From the human T2T-CHM13v2.0 reference genome, Homo sapiens, in the NCBI RefSeq assembly GCF_009914755.1, contig NC_060927.1: a stretch of DNA of 64,000 nucleotides, one strand, 5' to 3'. Positions 11,043-26,000 of this stretch are shown here, piece after piece. Positions within the stretch are counted from its first letter, which is position 1. The number at the start of each line of letters is the position of its first letter. The notes under the pieces are model-generated. The model was not told where the DNA came from and made no database searches. It saw nothing but the letters and a program-made list of their open reading frames with translations. Both the position numbers and the translations under genes were made by a program.

Positions 11043-14000
11043 AAATCCCGTTTCCAAAGATGGCCTCAGAAAAGTCCCAATATACACTTGCAGATTCTAC
11101 AAAAAGAGTTTTTCAAAACTGCTCTATCAAAAGGAAGGTTAAACTCTGTGAGTTGAAGGCACACATCACAGAGTAGTTTCTGAGAATCATTCTGTCTAGT
11201 TTTTCTATGAAGATATCGCCTTCTCCACCATAGGCCTCAAGCGGCGCTAAATATCCACTTGGAAATTCTACAAAAAGAGAGTTACAAGACTGCTCTATCG
11301 AAAGGAAGCTTCAACTCTGCGAGTTGAAAGCACACATCACGAAGAAGTTTATGAGAATTCTTCTGTCTACTTTTGTATGAAGCAGTCACGTTTCAAACGA
11401 AGGCCACAAAGAGGTCCAAATATCCACTTGGAGATTCAACAAAAAGAGTTTTTCAAAACTGCTCCATCAAGAGGAATATTCAACTCTGAGAGTTGAAGGC
11501 AAGTATCTCAAAGTAGTTCCCGACAATGCTTCTGTCTAGATTTTATGTGAAGACATTCCCTTTTGTACCACAGGCCTGAAAGCACTCTAAATACAGAATT
11601 GCAAATTCCACAAAAAGAGGGTTTAAAACCGCTCTATCCTAAGAAAGGTTAAACTCTGTCAGCTGAATGCGCACATCACAGAGTAGCTTCAGAGAACAAT
11701 TATGTCTAGTTTTTCCGTGAAGATAGTTTCTCTTCCACATAGGCCTGAGACCGCTCTAAATATTCACTTGGAAATTCTGCAAAAAGAATATTTCAACACT
11801 CTTCTATCAAAAGGAAGGTTGAACTCTGAGAGTTAAACGCACACATCACAGAGAAGTTTCTGAGAATTCTTCTGTCAAGGTTTATATGAAGAAACCCAGT
11901 TTCCAATGAAGGCCTCAAAAAAGTCCAAAAATTTGCTTGCAGATTCCACAAAAAGAGTGTTTCATAACTGGTCTATCAAAAGAAAGGTTAAACTCAGTGA
12001 GTTGAACCCACACATCACAAAGTAGCTTCTGAGAATCATTGTGTCTAGTTCTCCTACGAAGATATTGCCTTTTCTACCATAGGCCTCAAACGGCGCTAAA
12101 TATCCACCTGGAAATTCTACCAAAACTGAGCTTCAAAAGTGCTCTATTGAAAGGAAGCTTCACCTCTGTGAGTTGAAGGTACACATCACAAAGAAGTTTC
12201 TGAGAATTCTTCTGTCTAGTTGTAAATGAAGAAATCACGTTTCAAACGAAAGCCACAAAGAGGTCCAAATATCCACCTGCAGATTCTGCAAAAAGAGTGT
12301 TTCAAAACTGCTCCATCAAGAGGAATGTTCAACTCTGTGCGTTGAATGCAAATATCACAAGTAAGTTTCTGACAATACTTCTGTGTAGTTTTTATGTGAA
12401 GATATTTCCTTTCCTACTGTAGGCCTCAAAACGCTCTAAATATACACTTGCAAATTCCACATAAAGAGTGTTTCCAAACTGCTCTCTCAAAGGAAGTTTA
12501 AACTCTGTCCGCTTAATGCAAGCATCACAAAAGAGCTTCGGAGAATGAATCTGCCTAGTTTTTCTGTGAAGATATTTCTTTTTCTGCCATAGACCTCAAA
12601 CCGCTGTAAAAATCCACTTGGAAATTCTACAAAAAGAGTATTTCAAAGCTCTTCTATCGAAAGGAAGTTTCAGCTCCATGAGTTAAATGCACATATCACA
12701 AATAATTTTCTGAGGATTCTTCTTTCAAGTTTTATATGAAGAAATCCCGTTTCCAAAGATGGCCTCAGAAAAGTCCCAATATACACTTGCAGATTCTACA
12801 AAAAGAGTTTTTCAAAACTGCTCTATCAAAAGGAAGGTTAAACTCTGTGAGTTGAAGGCACACATCACAGAGTAGTTTCTGAGAATCATTCCGTCTAGTT
12901 TTTCTATGAAGATATCGCCTTCTCCACCATAGGCCTCAAGCGGCGCTAAATATCCACTTGGAAATTCTACAAAAAGAGAGTTACAAGACTGCTCTATCGA
13001 AAGGAAGCTTCAACTCTGCGAGTTGAAAGCACACATCACGAAGAAGTTTATGAGAATTCTTCTGTCTACTTTTGTATGAAGCAGTCACGTTTCAAACGAA
13101 GGCCACAAAGAGGTCCAAATATCCACTTGGAGATTCAACAAAAAGAGTTTTTCAAAACTGCTCCATCAAGAGGAATATTCAACTCTGAGAGTTGAAGGCA
13201 GGTATCCCAAAGTAGTTCCCGACAATGCTTCTGTCTAGATTTTATGTGAAGACATTCCCTTTTGTACCACAGGCCTGAAAGCACTCTAAATACAGAATTG
13301 CAAATTCCACAAAAAAAGGGTTTAAAACCGCTCTATCCTAAGAAAGGTTAAACTCTGTCAGCTGAATGCGCACATCACAGAGTAGCTTCAGAGAACAATT
13401 ATGTCTAGTTTTTCCGTGAAGATAGTTTCTCTTCCACATAGGCCTGAGACCGCTCTAAATATTCACTTGGAAATTCTGCAAAAAGAATATTTCAACACTC
13501 TTCTATCAAAAGGAAGGTTGAACTCTGAGAGTTAAATGCACACATCACAGAGAAGTTTCTGAGAATTCTTCTGTCAAGGTTTATATGAAGAAACCCCGTT
13601 TCCAATGAAGGCCTCAAAAAAGTCCAAAAATTTACTTGCAGATTCCACAAAAAGAGTGTTTCATAACTGGTCTATCAAAAGAAAGGTTAAACTCAGTGAT
13701 TTAAACCCACACATCACAAAGTAGCTTCTGAGAATCATTGTGTCTAGTTCTCCTACGAAGATATTGCCTTTTCTATCATAGGCCTCAAACGGCGCTAAAT
13801 ATCCACCTGGAAATTCTACCAAAACTGAGCTTCAAAAGTGCTCTATTGAAAGGAAGCTTCACCTCTGTGAGTTGAAGGTACACATCACAAAGAAGTTTCT
13901 GAGAATTCTTCTGTCTAGTTGTAAATGAAGCAATCACGTTTCAAACGAAGGCCACAAAGAGGTCCAAATATCCACCTGCAGATTCTGCAAAAAGAGTGTT

Positions 14001-17000
14001 TCAAAACTGCTCCATCAAGAGGAATGTTCAACTCTGTGCGTTGAATGCAAATATCACAAGTAATTTCTGACAATACTTCTGTGTAGTTTTTATGTGAAGA
14101 TATTTCCTTTCCTACTGTAGGCCTCAAAACGCTCTAAATATACACTTGCAAATTCCACAAAAAGAGTGTTTCCAAACTGCTCTCTCAAAGGAAGTTTAAA
14201 CTCTGTCCGCCTAATGCAAGCATCACAAAACAGCTTCGGAGAATGAATCTGCCTAGTTTTTCTGTGAAGATATTTCTTTTTCTGCCATAGACCTCAAACC
14301 GCTGTAAAAATCCACTTGGAAATTCTACAAAAAGGGTATTTCAAAGCTCTTCTATCGAAAGGAAGTTTCAGCTCCATGAGTTAAATGCACATATCACAAA
14401 TAATTTTCTGAGGATTCTTCTTTCAAGTTTTATATGAAGAAATCCCGTTTCCAAAGATGGCCTCAGAAAAGTCCCAATATACACTTGCAGATTCTACAAA
14501 AAGAGTTTTTCAAAACTGCTCTATCAAAAGGAAGGTTAAACTCTGTGAGTTGAAGGCACACATCACAGAGTAGTTTCTGAGAATCATTCTGTCTAGTTGT
14601 TCTATGAAGATATCGCCTTCTCCACCATAGGCCTCAAGCGGCGCTAAATATCCACTTGGAAATTCTACAAAAAGAGAGTTACAAGACTGCTCTATCGAAA
14701 GGAAGCTTCAACTCTGCGAGTTGAAAGCACACATCACGAAGAAGTTTATGAGAATTCTTCTGTCTACTTTTGTATGAAGCAGTCACGTTTCAAACGAAGG
14801 CCACAAAGAGGTCCAAATATCCACTTGGAGATTCAACAAAAAGAGTTTTTCAAAACTGCTCCATCAAGAGGAATATTCAACTCTGAGAGTTGAAGGCAAG
14901 TATCTCAAAGTAGTTCCCGACAATGCTTCTGTCTAGATTTTATGTGAAGACATTCCCTTTTGTACCACAGGCCTGAAAGCACTCTAAATACAGAATTGCA
15001 AATTCCACAAAAAGAGGGTTTAAAACCGCTCTATCCTAAGAAAGGTTAAACTCTGTCAGCTGAATGCGCACATCACAGAGTAGCTTCAGAGAACAATTAT
15101 GTCTAGTTTTTCCGTGAAGATAGTTTCTCTTCCACATAGGCCTGAGACCGCTCTAAATATTCACTTGGAAATTCTGCAAAAAGAATATTTCAACACTCTT
15201 CTATCAAAAGGAAGGTTGAACTCTGAGAGTTAAACGCACACATCACAGAGAAGTTTCTGAGAATTCTTCTGTCAAGGTTTATATGAAGAAACCCAGTTTC
15301 CAATGAAGGCCTCAAAAAAGTCCAAAAATTTGCTTGCAGATTCCACAAAAAGAGTGTTTCATAACTGGTCTATCAAAAGAAAGGTTAAACTCAGTGAGTT
15401 GAACCCACACATCACAAAGTAGCTTCTGAGAATCATTGTGTCTAGTTCTCCTACGAAGATATTGCCTTTTCTACCATAGGCCTCAAACGGCGCTAAATAT
15501 CCACCTGGAAATTCTACCAAAACTGAGCTTCAAAAGTGCTCTATTGAAAGGAAGCTTCACCTCTGTGAGTTGAAGGTACACATCACAAAGAAGTTTCTGA
15601 GAATTCTTCTGTCTAGTTGTAAATGAAGAAATCACGTTTCAAACGAAAGCCACAAAGAGGTCCAAATATCCACCTGCAGATTCTGCAAAAAGAGTGTTTC
15701 AAAACTGCTCCATCAAGAGGAATGTTCAACTCTGTGCGTTGAATGCAAATATCACAAGTAAGTTTCTGACAATACTTCTGTGTAGTTTTTATGTGAAGAT
15801 ATTTCCTTTCCTACTGTAGGCCTCAAAACGCTCTAAATATACACTTGCAAATTCCACATAAAGAGTGTTTCCAAACTGCTCTCTCAAAGGAAGTTTAAAC
15901 TCTGTCCGCTTAATGCAAGCATCACAAAAGAGCTTCGGAGAATGAATCTGCCTAGTTTTTCTGTGAAGATATTTCTTTTTCTGCCATAGACCTCAAACCG
16001 CTGTAAAAATCCACTTGGAAATTCTACAAAAAGAGTATTTCAAAGCTCTTCTATCGAAAGGAAGTTTCAGCTCCATGAGTTAAATGCACATATCACAAAT
16101 AATTTTCTGAGGATTCTTCTTTCAAGTTTTATATGAAGAAATCCCGTTTCCAAAGATGGCCTCAGAAAAGTCCCAATATACACTTGCAGATTCTACAAAA
16201 AGAGTTTTTCAAAACTGCTCTATCAAAAGGAAGGTTAAACTCTGTGAGTTGAAGGCACACATCACAGAGTAGTTTCTGAGAATCATTCTGTCTAGTTTTT
16301 CTATGAAGATATCGCCTTCTCCACCATAGGCCTCAAGCGGCGCTAAATATCCACTTGGAAATTCTACAAAAAGAGAGTTACAAGACTGCTCTATCGAAAG
16401 GAAGCTTCAACTCTGCGAGTTGAAAGCACACATCACGAAGAAGTTTATGAGAATTCTTCTGTCTACTTTTGTATGAAGCAGTCACGTTTCAAACGAAGGC
16501 CACAAAGAGGTCCAAATATCCACTTGGAGATTCAACAAAAAGAGTTTTTCAAAACTGCTCCATCAAGAGGAATATTCAACTCTGAGAGTTGAAGGCAAGT
16601 ATCTCAAAGTAGTTCCCGACAATGCTTCTGTCTAGATTTTATGTGAAGACATTCCCTTTTGTACCACAGGCCTGAAAGCACTCTAAATACAGAATTGCAA
16701 ATTCCACAAAAAGAGGGTTTAAAACCGCTCTATCCTAAGAAAGGTTAAACTCTGTCAGCTGAATGCGCACATCACAGAGTAGCTTCAGAGAACAATTATG
16801 TCTAGTTTTTCCGTGAAGATAGTTTCTCTTCCACATAGGCCTGAGACCGCTCTAAATATTCACTTGGAAATTCTGCAAAAAGAATATTTCAACACTCTTC
16901 TATCAAAAGGAAGGTTGAACTCTGAGAGTTAAACGCACACATCACAGAGAAGTTTCTGAGAATTCTTCTGTCAAGGTTTATATGAAGAAACCCAGTTTCC

Positions 17001-20000
17001 AATGAAGGCCTCAAAAAAGTCCAAAAATTTGCTTGCAGATTCCACAAAAAGAGTGTTTCATAACTGGTCTATCAAAAGAAAGGTTAAACTCAGTGAGTTG
17101 AACCCACACATCACAAAGTAGCTTCTGAGAATCATTGTGTCTAGTTCTCCTACGAAGATATTGCCTTTTCTACCATAGGCCTCAAACGGCGCTAAATATC
17201 CACCTGGAAATTCTACCAAAACTGAGCTTCAAAAGTGCTCTATTGAAAGGAAGCTTCACCTCTGTGAGTTGAAGGTACACATCACAAAGAAGTTTCTGAG
17301 AATTCTTCTGTCTAGTTGTAAATGAAGAAATCACGTTTCAAACGAAAGCCACAAAGAGGTCCAAATATCCACCTGCAGATTCTGCAAAAAGAGTGTTTCA
17401 AAACTGCTCCATCAAGAGGAATGTTCAACTCTGTGCGTTGAATGCAAATATCACAAGTAAGTTTCTGACAATACTTCTGTGTAGTTTTTATGTGAAGATA
17501 TTTCCTTTCCTACTGTAGGCCTCAAAACGCTCTAAATATACACTTGCAAATTCCACATAAAGAGTGTTTCCAAACTGCTCTCTCAAAGGAAGTTTAAACT
17601 CTGTCCGCTTAATGCAAGCATCACAAAAGAGCTTCGGAGAATGAATCTGCCTAGTTTTTCTGTGAAGATATTTCTTTTTCTGCCATAGACCTCAAACCGC
17701 TGTAAAAATCCACTTGGAAATTCTACAAAAAGAGTATTTCAAAGCTCTTCTATCGAAAGGAAGTTTCAGCTCCATGAGTTAAATGCACATATCACAAATA
17801 ATTTTCTGAGGATTCTTCTTTCAAGTTTTATATGAAGAAATCCCGTTTCCAAAGATGGCCTCAGAAAAGTCCCAATATACACTTGCAGATTCTACAAAAA
17901 GAGTTTTTCAAAACTGCTCTATCAAAAGGAAGGTTAAACTCTGTGAGTTGAAGGCACACATCACAGAGTAGTTTCTGAGAATCATTCCGTCTAGTTTTTC
18001 TATGAAGATATCGCCTTCTCCACCATAGGCCTCAAGCGGCGCTAAATATCCACTTGGAAATTCTACAAAAAGAGAGTTACAAGACTGCTCTATCGAAAGG
18101 AAGCTTCAACTCTGCGAGTTGAAAGCACACATCACGAAGAAGTTTATGAGAATTCTTCTGTCTACTTTTGTATGAAGCAGTCACGTTTCAAACGAAGGCC
18201 ACAAAGAGGTCCAAATATCCACTTGGAGATTCAACAAAAAGAGTTTTTCAAAACTGCTCCATCAAGAGGAATATTCAACTCTGAGAGTTGAAGGCAGGTA
18301 TCCCAAAGTAGTTCCCGACAATGCTTCTGTCTAGATTTTATGTGAAGACATTCCCTTTTGTACCACAGGCCTGAAAGCACTCTAAATACAGAATTGCAAA
18401 TTCCACAAAAAAAGGGTTTAAAACCGCTCTATCCTAAGAAAGGTTAAACTCTGTCAGCTGAATGCGCACATCACAGAGTAGCTTCAGAGAACAATTATGT
18501 CTAGTTTTTCCGTGAAGATAGTTTCTCTTCCACATAGGCCTGAGACCGCTCTAAATATTCACTTGGAAATTCTGCAAAAAGAATATTTCAACACTCTTCT
18601 ATCAAAAGGAAGGTTGAACTCTGAGAGTTAAATGCACACATCACAGAGAAGTTTCTGAGAATTCTTCTGTCAAGGTTTATATGAAGAAACCCCGTTTCCA
18701 ATGAAGGCCTCAAAAAAGTCCAAAAATTTACTTGCAGATTCCACAAAAAGAGTGTTTCATAACTGGTCTATCAAAAGAAAGGTTAAACTCAGTGATTTAA
18801 ACCCACACATCACAAAGTAGCTTCTGAGAATCATTGTGTCTAGTTCTCCTACGAAGATATTGCCTTTTCTATCATAGGCCTCAAACGGCGCTAAATATCC
18901 ACCTGGAAATTCTACCAAAACTGAGCTTCAAAAGTGCTCTATTGAAAGGAAGCTTCACCTCTGTGAGTTGAAGGTACACATCACAAAGAAGTTTCTGAGA
19001 ATTCTTCTGTCTAGTTGTAAATGAAGCAATCACGTTTCAAACGAAGGCCACAAAGAGGTCCAAATATCCACCTGCAGATTCTGCAAAAAGAGTGTTTCAA
19101 AACTGCTCCATCAAGAGGAATGTTCAACTCTGTGCGTTGAATGCAAATATCACAAGTAATTTCTGACAATACTTCTGTGTAGTTTTTATGTGAAGATATT
19201 TCCTTTCCTACTGTAGGCCTCAAAACGCTCTAAATATACACTTGCAAATTCCACAAAAAGAGTGTTTCCAAACTGCTCTCTCAAAGGAAGTTTAAACTCT
19301 GTCCGCCTAATGCAAGCATCACAAAACAGCTTCGGAGAATGAATCTGCCTAGTTTTTCTGTGAAGATATTTCTTTTTCTGCCATAGACCTCAAACCGCTG
19401 TAAAAATCCACTTGGAAATTCTACAAAAAGGGTATTTCTAAGCTCTTCTATCGAAAGGAAGTTTCAGCTCCATGAGTTAAATGCACATATCACAAATAAT
19501 TTTATGAGGATTCTTCTTTCAAGTTTTATATGAAGAAATCCCGTTTCCAAAGATGGCCTCAGAAAAGTCCCAATATACACTTGCAGATTCTACAAAAAGA
19601 GTTTTTCAAAACTGCTCTATCAAAAGGAAGGTTAAACTCTGTGAGTTGAAGGCACACATCACAGAGTAGTTTCTGAGAATCATTCTGTCTAGTTGTTCTA
19701 TGAAGATATCGCCTTCTCCACCATAGGCCTCAAGCGGCGCTAAATATCCACTTGGAAATTCTACAAAAAGAGAGTTACAAGACTGCTCTATCGAAAGGAA
19801 GCTTCAACTCTGCGAGTTGAAAGCACACATCACGAAGAAGTTTATGAGAATTCTTCTGTCTACTTTTGTATGAAGCAGTCACGTTTCAAACGAAGGCCAC
19901 AAAGAGGTCCAAATATCCACTTGGAGATTCAACAAAAAGAGTTTTTCAAAACTGCTCCATCAAGAGGAATATTCAACTCTGAGAGTTGAAGGCAAGTATC

Positions 20001-23000
20001 TCAAAGAAGTTCCCGACAATGCTTCTGTCTAGATTTTATGTGAAGACATTCCCTTTTGTACCACAGGCCTGAAAGCACTCTAAATACAGAATTGCAAATT
20101 CCACAAAAAGAGGGTTTAAAACCGCTCTATCCTAAGAAAGGTTAAACTCTGTCAGCTGAATGCGCACATCACAGAGTAGCTTCAGAGAACAATTATGTCT
20201 AGTTTTTCCGTGAAGATAGTTTCTCTTCCACATAGGCCTGAGACCGCTCTAAATATTCACTTGGAAATTCTGCAAAAAGAATATTTCAACACTCTTCTAT
20301 CAAAAGGAAGGTTGAACTCTGAGAGTTAAACGCACACATCACAGAGAAGTTTCTGAGAATTCTTCTGTCAAGGTTTATATGAAGAAACCCAGTTTCCAAT
20401 GAAGGCCTCAAAAAAGTCCAAAAATTTGCTTGCAGATTCCACAAAAAGAGTGTTTCATAACTGGTCTATCAAAAGAAAGGTTAAACTCAGTGAGTTGAAC
20501 CCACACATCACAAAGTAGCTTCTGAGAATCATTGTGTCTAGTTCTCCTACGAAGATATTGCCTTTTCTACCATAGGCCTCAAACGGCGCTAAATATCCAC
20601 CTGGAAATTCTACCAAAACTGAGCTTCAAAAGTGCTCTATTGAAAGGAAGCTTCACCTCTGTGAGTTGAAGGTACACATCACAAAGAAGTTTCTGAGAAT
20701 TCTTCTGTCTAGTTGTAAATGAAGAAATCACGTTTCAAACGAAAGCCACAAAGAGGTCCAAATATCCAACTGCAGATTCTGCAAAAAGAGTGTTTCAAAA
20801 CTGCTCCATCAAGAGGAATGTTCAACTCTGTGCGTTGAATGCAAATATCACAAGTAAGTTTCTGACAATACTTCTGTGTAGTTTTTATGTGAAGATATTT
20901 CCTTTCCTACTGTAGGCCTCAAAACGCTCTAAATATACACTTGCAAATTCCACATAAAGAGTGTTTCCAAACTGCTCTCTCAAAGGAAGTTTAAACTCTG
21001 TCCGCTTAATGCAAGCATCACAAAAGAGCTTCGGAGAATGAATCTGCCTAGTTTTTCTGTGAAGATATTTCTTTTTCTGCCATAGACCTCAAACCGCTGT
21101 AAAAATCCACTTGGAAATTCTACAAAAAGAGTATTTCAAAGCTCTTCTATCGAAAGGAAGTTTCAGCTCCATGAGTTAAATGCACATATCACAAATAATT
21201 TTCTGAGGATTCTTCTTTCAAGTTTTATATGAAGAAATCCCGTTTCCAAAGATGGCCTCAGAAAAGTCCCAATATACACTTGCAGATTCTACAAAAAGAG
21301 TTTTTCAAAACTGCTCTATCAAAAGGAAGGTTAAACTCTGTGAGTTGAAGGCACACATCACAGAGTAGTTTCTGAGAATCATTCCGTCTAGTTTTTCTAT
21401 GAAGATATCGCCTTCTCCACCATAGGCCTCAAGCGGCGCTAAATATCCACTTGGAAATTCTACAAAAAGAGAGTTACAAGACTGCTCTATCGAAAGGAAG
21501 CTTCAACTCTGCGAGTTGAAAGCACACATCACGAAGAAGTTTATGAGAATTCTTCTGTCTACTTTTGTATGAAGCAGTCACGTTTCAAACGAAGGCCACA
21601 AAGAGGTCCAAATATCCACTTGGAGATTCAACAAAAAGAGTTTTTCAAAACTGCTCCATCAAGAGGAATATTCAACTCTGAGAGTTGAAGGCAGGTATCC
21701 CAAAGTAGTTCCCGACAATGCTTCTGTCTAGATTTTATGTGAAGACATTCCCTTTTGTACCACAGGCCTGAAAGCACTCTAAATACAGAATTGCAAATTC
21801 CACAAAAAAAGGGTTTAAAACCGCTCTATCCTAAGAAAGGTTAAACTCTGTCAGCTGAATGCGCACATCACAGAGTAGCTTCAGAGAACAATTATGTCTA
21901 GTTTTTCCGTGAAGATAGTTTCTCTTCCACATAGGCCTGAGACCACTCTAAATATTCACTTGGAAATTCTGCAAAAAGAATATTTCAACACTCTTCTATC
22001 AAAAGGAAGGTTGAACTCTGAGAGTTAAATGCACACATCACAGAGAAGTTTCTGAGAATTCTTCTGTCAAGGTTTATATGAAGAAACCCCGTTTCCAATG
22101 AAGGCCTCAACAAAGTCCAAAAATTTACTTGCAGATTCCACAAAAAGAGTGTTTCATAACTGGCCTATCAAAAGAAAGGTGAAACTCAGTGAGTTGAACC
22201 CACACATCACAAAGTAGCTTCTGAGAATCATTCTGTCTAGTTCTCCTACGAAGATATTGCCTTTTCTACCATAGGCCTCAAACGGCGCTAAATATCCACC
22301 TGGAAATTCTACCAAAACTGAGCTTCAAAAGTGCTCTATTGAAAGGAAGCTTCACCTCTGTGAGTTGAAGGTACACATCACAAAGAAGTTTCTGAGAATT
22401 CTTCTGTCTAGTTGTAAATGAAGAAATCACGTTTCAAACGAAGGCCACAAAGAGGTCCCAATATCCACCTGCAGATTCTGCAAAAAGAGTGTTTCAAAAC
22501 TGCTCCATCAAGAGGAATGTTCAACTCTGTGCGTTGAATGCAAATATCACAAGTAAGTTTCTGACAGTACTTCTGTGTAGTTTTTATGTGAAGATATTTC
22601 CTTTCCTACTGTCGGCCTCAAAACGCTCTAAATATACACTTGCAAATTCCACAAAAAGAGTGTTTCCAAACTGCTCTCTCAAAGGAAGTTTAAACTCTGT
22701 CCGCTTAATGCAAGCATCACAAAAGAGCTTCGGAGAATGAATCTGCCTAGTTTTTCTGTGAAGATATTTCTTTTTCTGCCATAGACCTCAAACCGCTGTA
22801 AAAATCCACTTGGAAATTCTACAAAAAGAGTATTTCAAAGCTCTTCTATCGAAAGGAAGTTTCAGCTCCATGAGTTAAATGCACATAACACAAATAATTT
22901 TCTGAGGATTCTTCTTTCAAGTTTTATATGAAGAAATCCCGTTTCCAAAGATGGCCTCAGAAAAGTCCCAATATACACTTGCAGATTCTACAAAAAGAGT

Positions 23001-26000
23001 TTTTCAAAACTGCTCTATCAAAAGGAAGGTTAAACTCTGTGAGTTGAAGGCACACATCACAGAGTAGTTTCTGAGAATCATTCTGTCTAGTTTTTCTATG
23101 AAGATATCGCCTTCTCCAGCATAGGCCTCAAGCGGCGCTAAATATCCACTTGGAAATTCTACAAAAAGAGAGTTACAAGACTGCTCTATCGAAAGGAAGC
23201 TTCAACTCTGCGAGTTGAAAGCACACATCACGAAGAAGTTTACGAGAATTCTTCTGTCTACTTTTGTATGAAGCAGTCACGTTTCAAACGAAGGCCACAA
23301 AGAGGTCCAAATATCCACTTGGAGATTCAACAAAAAGAGTTTTTCAAAACTGCTCCATCAAGAGGAATATTCAACTCTGAGAGTTGAAGGCAGGTATCCC
23401 AAAGTAGTTCCCGACAATGCTTCTGTCTAGATTTTAGGTGAAGACATTCCCTTTTGTACCACAGGCCTGAAAGCACTCTAAATACAGAATTGCAAATTCC
23501 ACAAAAAGAGGGTTTAAAACCGCTCTATGCAAAGAAAGGTTAAACTCTGTCAGCTGAATGCGCACATCACAGAGTAGCTTCAGAGAACAATTATGTCTAG
23601 TTTTTCCGTGAAGATAGTTTCTCTTCCACATAGGCCTGAGACGGCTCTAAATATTCACTTGGAAATTCTGCAAAAAGAATATTTCAACACTCTTCTATCA
23701 AAAGGAAGGTTGAACTCTGAGAGTTAAACGCACACATCACAGAGAAGTTTCTGAGAATTCTTCTGTCAAGGTTTATATGAAGAAACCCCGTTTCCAATGA
23801 AGGCCTCAAAAAAGTCCAAAAATTTACTTGCAGATTCCACAAAAAGAGTGTTTCATAACTGGTCTATCAAAAGAAAGGTTAAACTCAGTGAGTTGAACCC
23901 ACACATCACAAAGTAGCTTCTGAGAATCATTCTGTCTAGTTCTCCTACGAAGATATTGCCTTTTCCACCATAGACCTCAAACGGCGCTAAATATCCACCT
24001 GGAAATTCTACCAAAACTGAGCTTCAAAAGTGCTCTATTGAAAGGAAGCTTCACCTCTGTGAGTTGAAGGTTCACATCACAAAGAAGTTTCTGAGAATTC
24101 TTCTGTCTAGTTGTAAATGAAGAAATCACGTTTCAAACGAAGGCCACAAAGAGGTCCAAATATCCACCTGCAGATTCTGCAAAAAGAGTGTTTCAAAACT
24201 GCTCCATCAAGAGGAATGTTCAACTCTGTGCGTTGAATGCAAATATCACAAGTAAGTTTCCGACAATACTTCTGTGTAGTTTTTATGTGAAGATATTTCC
24301 TTTCCTACTGTAGGCCTCAAAACGCTCTAAATATACACTTGCAAATTCCACAAAAAGAGTGTTTCCAAACTGCTCTCTCAAAGGAAGTTTAAACTCTGTC
24401 CGCTTAATGCAAGCATCACAAAACAGCTTCGGAGAATGAATCTGCCTAGTTTTTCTGTGAAGATATTTCTTTTTCTGCCATAGACCTCAAACCGCTGTAA
24501 AAATCCACTTGGAAATTCTACAAAAAGAGTATTTCAAAGCTCTTCTATCGAAAGGAAGTTTCAGCTCCATGAGTTAAATGCACATATCACAAATAATTTT
24601 CTGAGGATTCTTCTTTCAAGTTTTATATGAAGAAATCCCGTTTCCAAAGATGGCCTCAGAAAAGTCCCAATATACACTTGCAGATTCTACAAAAAGAGTT
24701 TTTCAAAACTGCTCTATCAAAAGGAAGGTTAAACTCTGTGAGTTGAAGGCACACATCACAGAGTAGTTTCTGAGAATCATTCTGTCTAGTTTTTCTATGA
24801 AGATATCGCCTTCTCCACCATAGGCCTCAAGCGGCGCTAAATATCCACTTGGAAATTCTACAAAAAGAGAGTTACAAGACTGCTCTATCGAAAGGAAGCT
24901 TCAACTCTGCGAGTTGAAAGCACACATCACGAAGAAGTTTATGAGAATTCTTCTGTCTACTTTTGTATGAAGCAGTCACATTTCAAACGAAGGCCACAAA
25001 GAGGTCCAAATATCCACTTGGAGATTCAACAAAAAGAGTTTTTCAAAACTGCTCCATCAAGAGGAATATTCAACTCTGAGAGTTGAAGGCAGGTATCCCA
25101 AAGTAGTTCCCGACAATGCTTCTGTCTAGATTTTATGTGAAGACATTCCCTTTTGTACCACAGGCCTGAAAGCACTCTAAATATAGAATTGCAAATTCCA
25201 CAAAAAGAGGGTTTAAAACCGCTCTATCCTAAGAAAGGTTAAACTCTGTCAGCTGAATGCGCACATCACAGAGTAGCTTCAGAGAACAATTATGTCTAGT
25301 TTTTCCGTGAAGATAGTTTCTCTTCCACATAGGCCTGAGACCGCTCTAAATATTCACTTGGAAATTCTGCAAAAAGAATATTTCAACACTCTTCTATCAA
25401 AAGGAAGGTTGAACTCTGAGAGGTAAACGCACACATCACAGAGAAGTTTCTGAGAATTCTTCTGTCAAGGTTTATATGAAGAAACCCCGTTTCCAATGAA
25501 GGCCTCAAAAAAGTCCAAAAATTTACTTGCAGATTCCACAAAAAGAGTGTTTCATAACTGGTCTATCAAAAGAAAGGTTAAACTCAGTGAGTTGAACCCA
25601 CACATCACAAAGTAGCTTCTGAGAATCATTGTGTCTAGTTCTCCTACGAAGATATTGCCTTTTCTACCATAGGCCTCAAACGGCGGTAAATATCCACCTG
25701 GAAATTCTACCAAAACTGAGCTTCAAAAGTGCTCTATTGAAAGGAAGCTTCACCTCTGTGAGTTGAAGGTACACATCACAAAGAAGTTTCTGAGAATTCT
25801 TCTGTCTAGTTGTAAATGAAGAAATCACGTTTCAAACGAAGGCCACAAAGAGGTCCAAATATCCACCTGCAGATTCTGCAAAAAGAGTGTTTCAAAACTG
25901 CTCCATCAAGAGGAATGTTCAACTCTGTGCGTTGAATGCATATATCACAAGTATGTTTCTGACAATACTTCTGTGTAGTTTTTATGTGAAGATATTTCCT

